NCBI RefSeq assembly: GCF_006345805.1
Contig: NC_043023.1
Coordinates: forward strand, 21,204,001 to 21,268,000
From: Octopus sinensis
Taxonomy: Eukaryota
Length of the DNA stretch: 64,000 nt
Direction of reading: 5' to 3'
Part shown: in pieces, positions 37,124 to 47,632 of the stretch
Numbering within the stretch: position 1 is the first letter of the stretch
How the letters are laid out: every line of letters starts with the position of its first letter
Program-made: the position numbers and the translations under genes
The notes under the pieces: model-generated
Seen by the model: only the letters and a program-made list of their open reading frames with translations
The model's database searches: none
What the model was told of the DNA's origin: nothing

Positions 37124-38655
37124 AGAGTTAATAACACCCATAAGGATGTGCTTTATCTATTCACCAAAGTGAATGGTTGCCTTGTCCAGGAGAAACCAAT
37201 GTTGTCAGATGTTATCCCTCGTTCATCGGATGTTTCGACTCTGAAACGTAACACCCTACCATTGGTGGGTCAACAGAGGTGGCCAATTCACTGCTCCTCA
37301 ACTCCTCAAGCCTTCCAGCGTTAATCTTCTCTCTTACACCAAAGCCAGCAAAAGGCTCTTTCAGTTGCCTCTCCCATCCGTGCACACCCACTCTTCCCTC
37401 CTTACCTCTCATTACAGTTGCTGTAAAAATCCTCCATGCCGACTGGACAAAGAATTCCCTACAGCCAACCTCCACTAGGAAAATCCATACCTGCCATACC
37501 TTCTCCCTGCAATTCTGCAGAATGTTCTTATATCTGTCACACTTCCGTTCATGGGCCTCGTTACAACCCGCTCCCCACGTGACTGTTCGTTCAATTATGA
37601 TAATTTTCTCAGCCTTTTCAGACCACAGGACCACATCAGGCCTCAGGGTTGTATGGACAACCTGGGGAAACTGCAATCTCTTCCCTAAGTCTACCTTCAT
37701 ATCCCATGGTTGAGACCCTTGCAGCAAGCTATGTTTTGCTTTTGCTGGCTTTACTGGTTTTTCTCCCTCTTTCACGAACTTAATTGTGGCAGATATCTTC
37801 CCTTGGTGATGATGTTTCTTACACCTTTACTGCTCCAGGTTGTGAGCAAGTATTTGTATCTGCCTTGAGAAAGTGTTATTCTTCACCCTGCCAAGATGTG
37901 TGCCAGAGTGCCCCTTTCCCACAAAGTCTACGCAGCTGGTCTTCCCTCAAACCTTATCTGTGCAGGTTTGATGGTGTCGGGAGTGTGTCATACACCGCTC
38001 GATGCAGGAAGGAGATGTGCAAAGGTTCCAGCCTCCACAGGTCAGTCCATGTGAGCTTCCTCTCAGGGAGATCCCATTTAGTCCATACACCCAGAGATAC
38101 CAACTCCACAGCTCTTGATTTCCTTTTAGCTTCCTCCTGGTTCCACATTGCTTTCTGAGTCATAGCCCGCCTCTCCCTGGTGTCTGCTTTCTTCTATTGT
38201 TGGAAATAGGAAGACCCAAGTCCCTTGCGACCCCAACATGTAGCTCCAATTATGGCGCGTAGCTCCAGCATGCCTTCAGCCTGAGCGACAGCGGTGGTAG
38301 TTGCCCACACTTTGTGGTAATACCTGCATGTCTGACAAGCTCGTCCTTAGAGTCTCTGTACATCATTACATTACATTTCGCTACTTTAAATTCCTCCACT
38401 ACAGATGACAGGGAAAAATGTCGATGATGAGGATTAGAGAAAAGAGTGAAGAAAGAAATGAAATATCATGGAACAATATATGTGGCTACTTTTCATATTG
38501 TGTATAAAACATTTCATATTGTGTATAAAATAATAAACAATCAAATTTGAGAAGGCAATAAACAGAACAACTTACTATTGTTGGATCCTTTCTTATTAAT
38601 TTTTTAAACCCTTCAATGTCATCCTCCGAAATTTTCTGTCTGATATTCGCTATGT
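13252..38655 (-). CDS. Spliced gene: ankyrin repeats - RING-HC - tandem VQT mini-exon repeats - Death domain (Mind-bomb/MIB2-derived putative E3 ligase); 5' end incomplete
   Basis: Exons 38576-38655, 33887-34084, 32040-32215, 29056-29198, 26158-26235, 24077-24154, 22000-22077, 20002-20079, 15002-15073, 13252-13451. All have AG acceptors, all but the last have GTRAG donors, and phases join (1-0, 0-0, 0-2, 2-1, 1-1 x5, 1-stop) into one open frame of 1181 nt (~393 codons). Confidence 0.85.
13760..14090 (-). mobile_element. Degenerate RTE-type LINE 3' fragment
   Basis: Peptide PRGRPRKKWLDDI...ASDRTLWRR. Confidence 0.65.
15002..15073 (-). CDS. Exon: Death domain helices 1-2
   Basis: tttcAG / GTGAGT, 72 nt, phase 1-1, (E)SPVLKERNLMRVAKRLGSDWWQV. 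Joins the terminal exon to give L..VA..LG.DW..VA.FLG. Confidence 0.88.
17591..17638 (-). pseudogene. Degenerate mini-exon copy (acceptor AA instead of AG)
   Basis: Flanks homologous to the other modules; donor GTGAGT intact, acceptor tttcAA; 48 nt phase 1-1, TPTSVKDALTTSQPV. Confidence 0.6.
19667..19717 (-). pseudogene. Mini-exon copy with CT donor (possible in-frame cryptic GT 3 nt upstream)
   Basis: tttcAG acceptor, RPIFEDKEVQTVEEPR, then CTGAGT at the homologous donor position; GTGCTG after 19670 would keep phase 1. Confidence 0.6.
20002..20079 (-). CDS. Repeat mini-exon 4 (EAPKFEDRRVKTEATCQELGAASQVI)
   Basis: tttcAG / GTGAGT, 78 nt, phase 1-1, open. Confidence 0.8.
22000..22077 (-). CDS. 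Repeat mini-exon 3 (GAPEFEDRCVQTEATCQELGAASQAI)
   Basis: tttcAG / GTGAGT, 78 nt, phase 1-1, open. Confidence 0.82.
24077..24154 (-). CDS. Repeat mini-exon 2 (GAPEFEDRCVQTEATCQELGAASQAI)
   Basis: tttcAG / GTGAGT, 78 nt, phase 1-1, open. Confidence 0.82.
26158..26235 (-). CDS. Repeat mini-exon 1 (GAPEFEDRCVQTEATCQELGAASQAI)
   Basis: tttcAG / GTGAGT, 78 nt, phase 1-1. Differs from copies 2 and 3 by a synonymous AGA/AGG change. Confidence 0.82.
27910..27960 (-). pseudogene. Mini-exon copy with AT donor (ESPKFEEKGVQTVAETV)
   Basis: tttcAG acceptor intact, 51 nt phase 1-1, open; donor reads ATGAGT instead of GTGAGT. Confidence 0.62.
29056..29198 (-). CDS. Exon: RING-HC finger (Mind-bomb type)
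   Basis: ccacAG / GTAAGA, 143 nt, phase 2-1. CLLCRNKAATTKVHPCEHLLTCEECSNIPLQQCLKCLKPV gives C-x2-C...PC-x-H-x3-C-x2-C...C-x2-C. Confidence 0.9.
29928..30217 (+). mobile_element. tRNA-derived SINE (third family)
   Basis: Head GGAGGCGCAATGGCCCAGTGGTTAGGGCAGC..GACTCGCGG..GGTT.GATTCCCAG with A/B-box-like motifs; partial reverse copy at ~5450-5510. Confidence 0.75.
30290..30640 (-). mobile_element. Degenerate CR1/L2-group LINE 3' fragment
   Basis: Minus-strand peptide GPTPFSITPKYIK...ILQEIPDKTPTPGYVPVNSNSLLEW resembles Crack/Daphne RT C-termini (from recall). Confidence 0.5.
30931..31323 (+). mobile_element. tRNA-derived SINE
   Basis: Full family consensus from GGCGCAGGAGT to CAGTCAAATGACTGAAACAAGTAAA. 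Confidence 0.88.
32040..32215 (-). CDS. Exon: last ankyrin repeat / linker (MIB-like)
   Basis: tttgtAG / GTAAGT, 176 nt, phase 0-2. CCTATNLKKKRSLSGIVVARYLASQGADFHHKNNKNNRPLDLIKDPNLRKNLETFLQP resembles the Mind-bomb 'A.FLA..GADL..KN.KG.TPLDL..DPNL' segment. Missed by the ORF track. Confidence 0.88.
33887..34084 (-). CDS. Exon: two ankyrin repeats
   Basis: cttcAG / GTAAGT, 198 nt, phase 0-0. LDIRNKNKMTPLLEAVSRGHLGMTHKLIALGASINAVDGEGNSCLHLAM. Confidence 0.92.
35515..36845. repeat. ~1.3-kb polypyrimidine/polypurine (CT-rich) low-complexity tract
   Basis: Almost exclusively C/T on the + strand; source of the spurious FSL-rich ORFs. Confidence 0.95.
37140..38410 (-). mobile_element. HERO-like (R2-group, REL endonuclease) non-LTR retrotransposon 3' fragment, disrupted
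   Basis: GVWTKWD..RKLTWTDLWRLEPLHISFL.RAVYDTLPTPSNLHR, then WDMKVDLGKRLQFP..TTLRPDVVLWS...E.TV.W...EAHERK..RY...VEVGCR.F (PD-(D/E)xK REL domain). Confidence 0.85.
38576..38655 (-). CDS. Most 5' coding exon found (N-terminal ankyrin cap)
   Basis: ttcaaaAG / GTAAGT, 80 nt, phase 1-0. IANIRQKISEDDIEGFKKLIRKDPTI reads into LDIRNKNKMTPL like an ankyrin helix-loop. Confidence 0.65.
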
Positions 38656-40114
38656 CTTTTGAATAAAATCAGTCGAAAAAGAAAGAAAACAAAACAGTTT
38701 TAAAAAAACTTATAAAATAAGTTAAACAACAATAAACAGAAGTTGATGGTTCTAAAATCTTGCATAAGATAACATTGATATTGTAAACTTCAGTTTATCT
38801 AAAGTATTATTCATAGCTGAATGTTCTTCTTGACACTAATAAGCCTAACAACAGTCATTGAGTTGTGTCTTTAGGTTAGCTACATTCCTCTGCTTACATC
38901 TTGAGCTATAAATCTGTGGATCATACTCCAGCTAGGGTGGGGGACACTTTATATAAAAAAACAAATTGATTCTCTAAAGAAAAGCAAATTTATGAAAACT
39001 AGTAAAAGAATCAATGAAACGGAGTTTGTTCAATAAAACGTCCTGTATTGATCTTTGATTTGATCTCATCTACTTTGCTAATATTTCGACAGACACTATC
39101 AACAAGCGCTTACTTAATAAACTTTTGCAAATATCTTTATGACTACTTCATAATTATTTAATAAATTTCCATTATGTGTATACGTATATATATATATACT
39201 AACATCATCATCATCATCATAACCGCATACCGTCCACCTTCCATGCCTTCATGAGTAAGATGGACGACAGGAGCCATACAGGTAGAAAAAACTACCCTGG
39301 GCTACTGTCTATTTTATCAGGTATTTTACTGCTGGATGACCTTCCAAACGCCAACCAAAAGTTTTGACCCACTGTATGACACCTTGGGCAAGTACCTTCT
39401 TCTAAATCCCATGACTAATCAAGACTTCTGAGTGGATTAAATAGAGATAATCTGTGAGAAGCACATCGTACACTGCTGGACAAAATCTGAGGACCAGTGA
39501 AATAAACTGCCAAAATGAAGTGCTTGTGTGTGTGTGTGTGTACGTGTGCATACATATATGTGTGTGTGTATGTGTGCATACATATATATGTGTGTGTTTG
39601 TGTGTATGTGTGTGTGTTTGTATGTTTCCATTTGCTTTTACTGAAAATTGCTCAGCTATGAACGATTAGATTATCATTTTCCCTGTTAATAGACAAACCA
39701 TTGGAATAAGGGATCCCTTGAACAACAGGTAAGGGTTAATAAAATGAAGGGGATCCATATGCAAAAAGAATGGATTGATAATATACTCATACAACCCATG
39801 GTAGTATGGAGAAAAGGTGTAAAATGATTGCTTTATATGCATAAACGTACATATATAAGTCTATGTATGTGTATACTCATGTGCATGTGTGAGTAGCTGT
39901 ATGGCATAGTGATTCGGGTGTTACCCTCACAATAGCTAGATCGTGGGTTTGATTCTTGCAATGCCCTTCCTTTCCCAAGACATCCGAATGTTCGCCTCCT
40001 TTCCTAACCAGTGGAGTGGCATCATTCAAAACGTAAAACGATGCAAAGCACATTGTGACAAGTGATGTGTAACATCTGACAGTGTATTTGATCATTTGAC
40101 TACATGATTATATA

Positions 40115-41157
40115 GACCTGTTGAGGCAAGTGAAAATCAAATCAAATCAAATCAAATCAAATCAAACCAAATCAAAATAGATGAACATCAATGGAATTTG
40201 TATCTTTGTGGTACCAGTACCGTTGGCACACAAGAAAACCATCCGAATGTGGCCGTAGCCAGTACCGCATCGACTGGCCTCTGTGACGTGGGCACATAAC
40301 AAACACCATCCGATCGTGGCCGTTCGCCAGCCTCATCTGGCACCTGTGTCGGTGGCACATAAAAACACCAACCGAAGACCCGGCAAGACTAGTCAGGCCA
40401 TAACCCGTGGCCCCTACTTGGGACGTAGTCAGTCCACCTGTGCATACCTTCCTTCCTTCCTGTGACACTTGTGAAGACCTGTTGAGGCAAGTGAAAATCA
40501 AATCAAATCAAATCAAATCAAATCAAAATAGATGAACATCAATGGAATTTGTATCTTTGTGGTACCAGTCCACCTGTGCATACCTTCCTTCCTTCCTGTG
40601 ACACTTGTGAAGACCTGTTGAGGCAAGTGAAAATCAAATCAAATCAAATCAAATCAAATCAAATCAAATCAAAATAGATGAACATCAATGGAATTTGTAT
40701 CTTTGTGGTACCAGTGCCGGTGGCACACAAGAAAATCATCCGAACGTGGCTGTAGCCAGTACCGCATAGACTGGCCTCCGTGCTTTGGGGACGTAACAAA
40801 CACCATCCGATCGTGGCCGTCCGCCAGCCTCATCTGGCACCTGTGTCAGTGGCACATAAAAACACCATCCGAGCGTGGCCGTCTGCCAGCCTCGTCTGGC
40901 ACCTGTGTCGGTGGCACATAAAAACACCATCCGAGCGTGGCCGTTCGCCAGCCTCGTCTGGCACCTGTGTCGGTGGCACATAAAATCACCCACTACACTC
41001 TCGGAGTGGTTGGCGTTAGGAAGGGCATCCAGCTGTAGAAACACTGCCAGATCTGACTGGCCTGGTGCAGCCATCGGGCTCCCCAGACCCCAGTTGAACC
41101 GTCCAACCCATGCTAGCATGGAAAACGGACGCTAAATGATGATGATGATGATGATGA
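40115..41157 (+). repeat. Second tandem array of RTE 3'-UTR-derived units
   Basis: Same units as 8049-9635, separated by (AAATC)n and ending in (GAT)n. Confidence 0.8.
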
Positions 41158-41185
41158 TATATATATATATGTGTGTGTGTGTGTG

Positions 41186-44100
41186 ATCATCATCATCATC
41201 ATCGTTTAACGTCCGTTCTCCATGCTAGCATGTGTTGGACAGTTCGACCGGGGATCTGGGAAGCCAGAAGGCTGCACCAGACTCCAGTGTTATCTGGCAA
41301 TGTTTCTACAGCTGGAGGCCCTTCCTAACACCAACCACTCCATGAGTGTAGTGGGTGCTTTTTACGTGCCACCTGCACAGGTGCCAGGCGAGGCTGGCAA
41401 CGGCCACGGTCGGATTGGTGTATTTTACGTGCCACCGGCACGGAGGCCAGTCGAGGCGGCGCTGGCATCGGCCACGAGTCGGATAGTGCTTTTTACGTAC
41501 CACCAGACCAGGGATCCTGGCTGGTTCAATTCGATTTCTATTTCGATTTCGCTTGCCCCAACATGTCTTCGCAAGCAAAGGGGGTTGGCATGGGTGTCTG
41601 TCATCGGATGAGGTTCTATATCGACTTCGCTTGCCTCAACAGGTCTTTGTGTCCAAGGGAGGAAAGGCATGCATAAGTGGGCTGGGCTCACTTGACCTGC
41701 CTGGTCTTCTCACGTACAGAATATTTCCAAAGGTCTCGGTCGCTGGTCATTTCCTCAGTGAGGCCTAAAGTTCGAAGGTCGTGCTTCACCACCTCGTCCC
41801 AGGTTTTCCTGGGTCTACCTCTTCCACGGGTTCCCTCAACTGCTAGGGATTGGCACTTTCTCACACACCTATCTTCATCCATTCTCGCCACATGACCATA
41901 CCAGAGCAATCATCTCTCTTGCACACCACAACTGATGCTTCTTAGGTACAACTAATGCTTCTCAAGGTACTAACGCTCTGTCGAGTATGTACACTGACAT
42001 TACACATCCATCGGAGCATACTGGCTTCATTCCTCACAAGCTTACGCATGTCCTCAGCAGTCACGGCCCATTTTTCACTGCCATGTAGCATGGCTGTTCG
42101 TACACCTGCATCATACAGTCTGCCTTTTACTCTGAGCGAGAGGCCTTTAGTCACCAGCAGAGGTAAGAGCTCCCTAAACTTTGCCCAGGCTATTCTTATT
42201 CTAGCAGTTACACTTTCAGCGCACCCACCCCCACAACTGACTTGGTCACCTAGATAACGGAAGCTATCAACAACTTATAGTTTTTTTCCCCTGGAAAGTG
42301 ACGGAAGTTGTTTTCTGCAGATTTTCGGAGGTTAATGCTCCCGAGCATCTGCCACATACAAAAACTATCTTCCCAGTTAGCCTACCTTTGACATTGCTGC
42401 ACCTCTTATGTGTCCATAGCTTACACTGGGTACATCTTATAGAGTTTCTACCCACACCTTTTCTACAGATTGAACAGGGCCATCTTCCTGAAGACATTTG
42501 TGGATTGTCTACCTTCCAACTTATTACGACTTTGGTTTTAGCTAGATTGACTCTAAGGCCCCTCGATTCTAGGCCCTCCTTCCACACCTGGAACTTCTCC
42601 TCCAGTTCTGATAGTGACTCAGCAATTAGAGCAAGGTCGTCAGCATAGAGGAGCTCCCAGGGGCAACCTGTCTTGAATTCCTCCGTAATTGCCTGGAGGA
42701 CTATGATAAATAGGAGGGGGTTGAGCACTGAACCCTGGTGGACCCCAACCTCTACTTTGAATTCTTCTGTGTACATGTTGCCAACCCTAACCTTACTTAC
42801 GGCATCTCTGTACATGGCTTGCACAGCCCTCACCAGCCATTCATCTATCCCTAGTTTCCTCATTGACCACCAGATAAGGGATCGGGGGACCCTATCAAAG
42901 GCTTTCTCCATGTCAACGAAAGCCAGGTACAGGGGCTTATCTTTGGCTAAGTATTTCTCCTGCAGCTGCCTTACCAGGAATATAGCATCAGAGGTACTTT
43001 TCCCTGGCACGAACCCAAACTGCATCTCATCTAAACTAACTCTCTCTCTAATTAGTTGGGCTATGACCCTCTCCGTAACCTTCATCACCTGATCCAACAG
43101 CTTGATACCTCTGTAATTATTTGTATCTAGGGCATCACCTTTACCTTTGTAGCAGTTGACTAGTATGCTGCCACACCAGTCATTCGGTATGACTCCTTCG
43201 TGTATCACCTGGTTGACTATACGGGTGACTAGGTTATAGCCGACACTGCCAGATATTTTGAGCATCTCTGCAGTAATTCCTGATGGGCCTGGGGCTTTCC
43301 CTGTCTTCATGCTTCTAATTGCTTTAACTACCAAAGAATTTTCAACTCGGATGGCTGGTCCCTCTGTTGGGTTGACATTCGGCAGACTCTCTTTATCCCA
43401 TTCATTTTCTTTATTCAGCAACCTTTCATAGTGGCATCTCCAAACCTCTCTCTTTGCATCCTCATTTAGCGCAAGTGAACCATCATCCGTGCGAACACAC
43501 TTCTCTCCTACCACATCACGATTCTCTCTCACACACTGTCTTGCAACATGAAATACCTCAAGTCTTTTATCCTCACGGCTCAGAACATTGGCAAATTTTT
43601 TCTTATCCGCTTCCCCTCTGGCTAAATAAACCTGTCTCCTAGCTTCCCTTCTGGCTGTCTGATACAATTCCCTGCTACCACCGTTCTTCCAGTCCTTCCA
43701 AGCCTGTCTCTTTTGTCTAATAGCCCTGTCAACCACAGTGTTCCACCACCATGTTACTCTGGGTCGAGCTGGTACTTTGCTCCATCCACAGATCTGGTCA
43801 GTGGCTGTCAGCAGATTGTCCCGTAGAAATCTCCAGTTGTCTTCCACATTAAATGAAGCTATATCCCCTTCTATTTTGTCAAAGGCTTCGAGTAATATGT
43901 CTCTAAATCTCTGTCCATTTGCAGGATCTTTAAGCTTCCAGACCCTTCTCCTCCAAGCTGGTCTTCTTCTGGGCAACCATTTAGCTCTGATCCTGAAGTC
44001 GCTAACTACTAATCTATGTTGAGGAGTACATTCTTCGCCTGGAAAGGTTTTGGCATTTGTAAGCAGCCCTCTTTCCCTTTTTCTGGCAAGGATGTAGTTA

Positions 44101-44590
44101 ATCTGGCTAGTGTGTCTGCCAGAACGGTAGGTGACTAGGTGAGAGGTGGGTTTCCTGAAGTTGGTATTGCAGACCATAAGGTCATTTGCATCGCAGAACT
44201 CCAGCAGCCTGGTTCCCTCCTCATTACGAGAGCCAAAACCGTAGCCTCCATGAACGCCATGGAAGCCCCCGACATACCGACCAACATGTCCATTAAAATC
44301 CCCTGCCACGAAGAGAAGGTCACTGTCATATGTCAACGAGGTAGTCCGCAATAGGGTGTCATAGAATTGGTCTTTTTGTCCTTCCGGTAGCCCTGGTTGA
44401 GGGGCATATGCCGAGATGATGGTAGCTGAACTATGGTGAATGACTAATCTAATTTTAATTACTCTGTCACTTACTCTGACTACCTCGATTACCTTATCTA
44501 CCCATTTCTCCGCAAGAAGTATACCCACGCCCCCGACCCCGTCAGTGTTCCCTGCCCAAAAATCTTGTACCTGTGTTCCTTGCCTGTGAG
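41186..44590 (-). mobile_element. RTE-clade LINE, 5'-truncated, young but disabled
   Basis: APE endonuclease (SAYAPQ, GDFNGHVG), RT (YRGIKLL, QFGF, GVHQGS, YADDL), C-terminal LWYGHVARM..GRGRPRKTW, 3' UTR with (GAT)n tail; frameshift plus stop at ~42275-42290. Confidence 0.95.
42267..44528 (-). CDS. RTE ORF remnant: APE endonuclease + reverse transcriptase + PHD-like zinc finger
   Basis: 753-aa open frame; no true N-terminus (truncated within APE); continues out of frame in 41688-42260. Confidence 0.9.
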   Translation of the reverse strand: MGILLAEKWVDKVIEVVRVSDRVIKIRLVIHHSSATIISAYAPQPGLPEGQKDQFYDTLLRTTSLTYDSDLLFVAGDFNGHVGRYVGGFHGVHGGYGFGSRNEEGTRLLEFCDANDLMVCNTNFRKPTSHLVTYRSGRHTSQINYILARKRERGLLTNAKTFPGEECTPQHRLVVSDFRIRAKWLPRRRPAWRRRVWKLKDPANGQRFRDILLEAFDKIEGDIASFNVEDNWRFLRDNLLTATDQICGWSKVPARPRVTWWWNTVVDRAIRQKRQAWKDWKNGGSRELYQTARREARRQVYLARGEADKKKFANVLSREDKRLEVFHVARQCVRENRDVVGEKCVRTDDGSLALNEDAKREVWRCHYERLLNKENEWDKESLPNVNPTEGPAIRVENSLVVKAIRSMKTGKAPGPSGITAEMLKISGSVGYNLVTRIVNQVIHEGVIPNDWCGSILVNCYKGKGDALDTNNYRGIKLLDQVMKVTERVIAQLIRERVSLDEMQFGFVPGKSTSDAIFLVRQLQEKYLAKDKPLYLAFVDMEKAFDRVPRSLIWWSMRKLGIDEWLVRAVQAMYRDAVSKVRVGNMYTEEFKVEVGVHQGSVLNPLLFIIVLQAITEEFKTGCPWELLYADDLALIAESLSELEEKFQVWKEGLESRGLRVNLAKTKVVISWKVDNPQMSSGRWPCSICRKGVGRNSIRCTQCKLWTHKRCSNVKGRLTGKIVFVCGRCSGALTSENLQKTTSVTFQGKKTISC

Positions 44591-44629
44591 TGTGTTCCTT
44601 GTATATGTATATATAAATATACCTTCAGC

Positions 44630-45150
44630 ACATCCTTCAGTGAGGTGAAAGCTCTCCATCCTGCTCTTAACCTTCGCAACATCTCATTCTCCATCTTTCA
44701 CCTCTAGTCACTTCTTGACCGAGATAGACATAGCTGTCCACCTCTTCTATTTCGTCGCTTCCGACTGCTAGATGACCGATTGATACGCCTTCAGACCCTA
44801 TGTACTTGGTTTTCATACAGTTGATCTTCAAGCCGAGTGCCGAACCTCTCGAATCCAGTTCGTCCAGCAATGGTCTACAGGTGATCGGTGATCTCCACTG
44901 TCAGCGTTATGTTGTAACGCTGATGTTGGGAATCTGGCTAAGAGATCACACATGGAATGAGGAAATCTGGAATAGATCTGAAGTGAAGGACATCATCGCC
45001 GAAAACCACTAAGTAAATCTACAATGGGCTGGTCATGTCGCAAGGTTCACAGACCATCGGTGGACCTGTGCAGTTGTATGGTGGTACCCGTGCAAACGGA
45101 AGTGACCACTCAGGAAGACCTCCAGTCAGATGTGAAGATGATTTAATAAA
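44630..45150. mobile_element. Older RTE LINE fragment with internal inversion
   Basis: Minus-strand GLKINCMKTKY..EIEEVDSYVYLGQEV (44667-44870) next to plus-strand MLGI.LRD...NEEI..RS.VKDII..LQWAGHVAR..D.RW (44920-45150). Confidence 0.75.
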
Positions 45151-45817
45151 AATGTTTAGAACAGAAAAAATAGGAGAGCAGGAGAGGAAGGGAGCAAATT
45201 TTATGGGTAGCGGAGCCAAATCGGTACCAGACAGCCTGGCCGATATATATATATATACACTCACGAGTAACATCACCACCACACCACTAACAGAACACCC
45301 CTGCACACTGTTCAGCTCACTGCCCAAACCACACACCATCATGCACACAACAGCTCCTACACACATGCACTGACGTATATACATGTGCACACACCATTCA
45401 AACAAACACACATTAACTGCTACACACAACCGTTTGCATACACACACACAAGCACATGCTATATGCAGCTTCACACACATACAAATACACGAAACACCAT
45501 TCTACACAATGCCCACATTAGGATACTTCTACATATACACACACATGCGCTCCCTTACGTACACGCAGACCCACATAATTTTAAGCTCCCCTACACATAC
45601 ATTCACACGCACTCGTCCCCTTTTACACATGCACACCCACACATCCTTCTTAAATGCACAGTCGCCCTTACGCAACCTAGTTCAGCAGGGGCAGCATTAT
45701 TTGCCCCCTTTATCTCAAACTCGTTCTTCCAGGAATTTCATCATGTTCAACCGTTAATTCCTACACATTTTCTCTCTCTCCTTTATTTTCGTTCCCTCTC
45801 CATTTCCCCCCTCAATC

Positions 45818-45853
45818 CTTTCTGTCGAAGAGCGTAGGTTCTAAACATCAAAG
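45818..45853 (+). ncRNA. Degenerate minimal hammerhead relic
   Basis: cttt-CTGTCGA-a-gagc(gtag)gttc-TAAAC-ATC-aaag: stems I and II present, core mutated; probably inactive. Confidence 0.35.
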
Positions 45854-45860
45854 ACTTCCC

Positions 45861-47632
45861 GGTTAATATAGGGCGTAACAAATATCAGAAAATCAAAAAA
45901 AAAATGTGTGTAATAGGTGTAAAACAACTTCCTATGAACGAATATGAAAAAAAAAATTCGCGCACGCGAAAGGGGGGTGGGGGAGAGGCCTCGGAAAATT
46001 CACATCGGGAAGTTCCGAAAGCGTCTGAGGAGCTGACCCGGGCACAAAAACAGAAACAAAAACAGCGTAATAGGTGTAAAACAACTTGCTCTAAACGACT
46101 ATCATGAAAAAAATGCGCGCTCGCGAAAGGGGGGTGGGGGAGAGGCTTCGGAAATTTCACATCTTCAGTCCACGGCCTTTAAACTAAGAAAAAATAGTGT
46201 AATTGGTGTAAAACTACTGTTCTAAACGAGTATCAAGAACACACACTCACACATGAATCATAAACTCCGTATTTCGCAAAAAAAAAAAAATAAAGAGAAG
46301 AAATTCTGGAAAAAGTGAAGAAATGTTGGATCTCATTCCTTGGTTAAAGCTATTTTAACATTAAATTTATGCTTTTCTTTGAAATAGTTCAGATATATGC
46401 AATTCTTTTCACTTATTAAGATGCATTTATCAGAAAAAAAGAGACAGAAAAAATTATTATTTTGTGTCAATCCTTCCCTAATATCCTTTATTAATTAGTT
46501 TTGGCGTGTATTTTTTTCCCAATTTATTCTTTCACCTTTACAACACTGTTTAGTAAAGCAATTAATTATCTTTATAATTTGCATATTTGACTTATTAATC
46601 AAAATTCTCTAGATGTAATATATACTAAGTAATGCATCCTTCATTTATGTGTTCCGTTCTGTATTATGCATGCGTGACTGTTTATATGTAAGTGTGTTTA
46701 ACTGTGCACATGAATGTGAATATTAAGAACATATTTATTTACTATGATTGTTATTTTCAGAACAAATAAATCTTTTGGCTGTTATGTTATTGATGTTATT
46801 ATTATTGCTAGTTAAAGGGTGGTGACTTGGCTGAATATTTTGAGTCTTGTAGTATGTAGTTGTGTTAGTCAATATTCTGAGTTCAAATCCAACTCATTTC
46901 TTTATCATCATTATCGATGGACCACTCAAAGAGGTATGTATACATTATCATTTTCGTAACATAATTTCTGTAGTATTTCAAGATGTTTCTGACACGTATT
47001 TTGATTCACATGGCGGAGATCCAACATTTCTTCACTTTTTCCAGAATTTCTTCTCTTTATTTTTTTTTTGCGAAATACGGAGTTATGATTCATGTGTGAG
47101 TGTGTGTTCTTGATACTCGTTTAGAACAAGTAGTTTTACACCAATTACACTATTTTTTCTTAGTTTAAAGGCCGTGGACTGAAGATGTGAAATTTCCGAA
47201 GCCTCTCCCCCACCCCCCTTTCGCGAGCGCGCATTTTTTTCATGATAGTCGTTTAGAGCAAGTTGTTTTACACCTATTACGCTGTTTTGTTTTTGTTTTT
47301 GTGCCCGGTTCAGACGCTTTCGGAAATTCCCGATATAAATATTCCGAGGCCTCTCCCCCACCCCTCTTTCGCGAGAGCGCATTTTTTTTTTTCATATTCG
47401 TTTAGAGCAAGTTGTTTTACACATATTACACTATTTTTTTTTTGTTTTGGTGCCCGGGTCAGCTCCTCAGACGCTTTCGGAACTTCCCGATGTGAATTTT
47501 CCGAGGCCTCTCCCCACTCCCCTTTCGCGTGCGCGAATTTTTTTTTTCATATTCGTTCATAGGAAGTTGTTTTACACCTATTACACACATTTTTTTTTGA
47601 TTTTCTGATATTTGTTACGCCCTATATTAACC
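45861..47632. mobile_element. Non-autonomous DNA transposon with ~470-bp TIRs and 8-bp TSD (Merlin-like)
   Basis: Termini GGTTAATATAGGGCGTAACAAATATCAG / CTGATATTTGTTACGCCCTATATTAACC. TSD GACTTCCC at 45853-45860 and 47633-47640. TIRs contain internal subrepeats; AT-rich non-coding core. Confidence 0.88.

Noticed and set aside
38960-39150. Possible start-codon exon of the ANK-RING-DD gene
   Set aside because: No ATG-containing open frame ending in a phase-1 GT donor could be found; start left unassigned.
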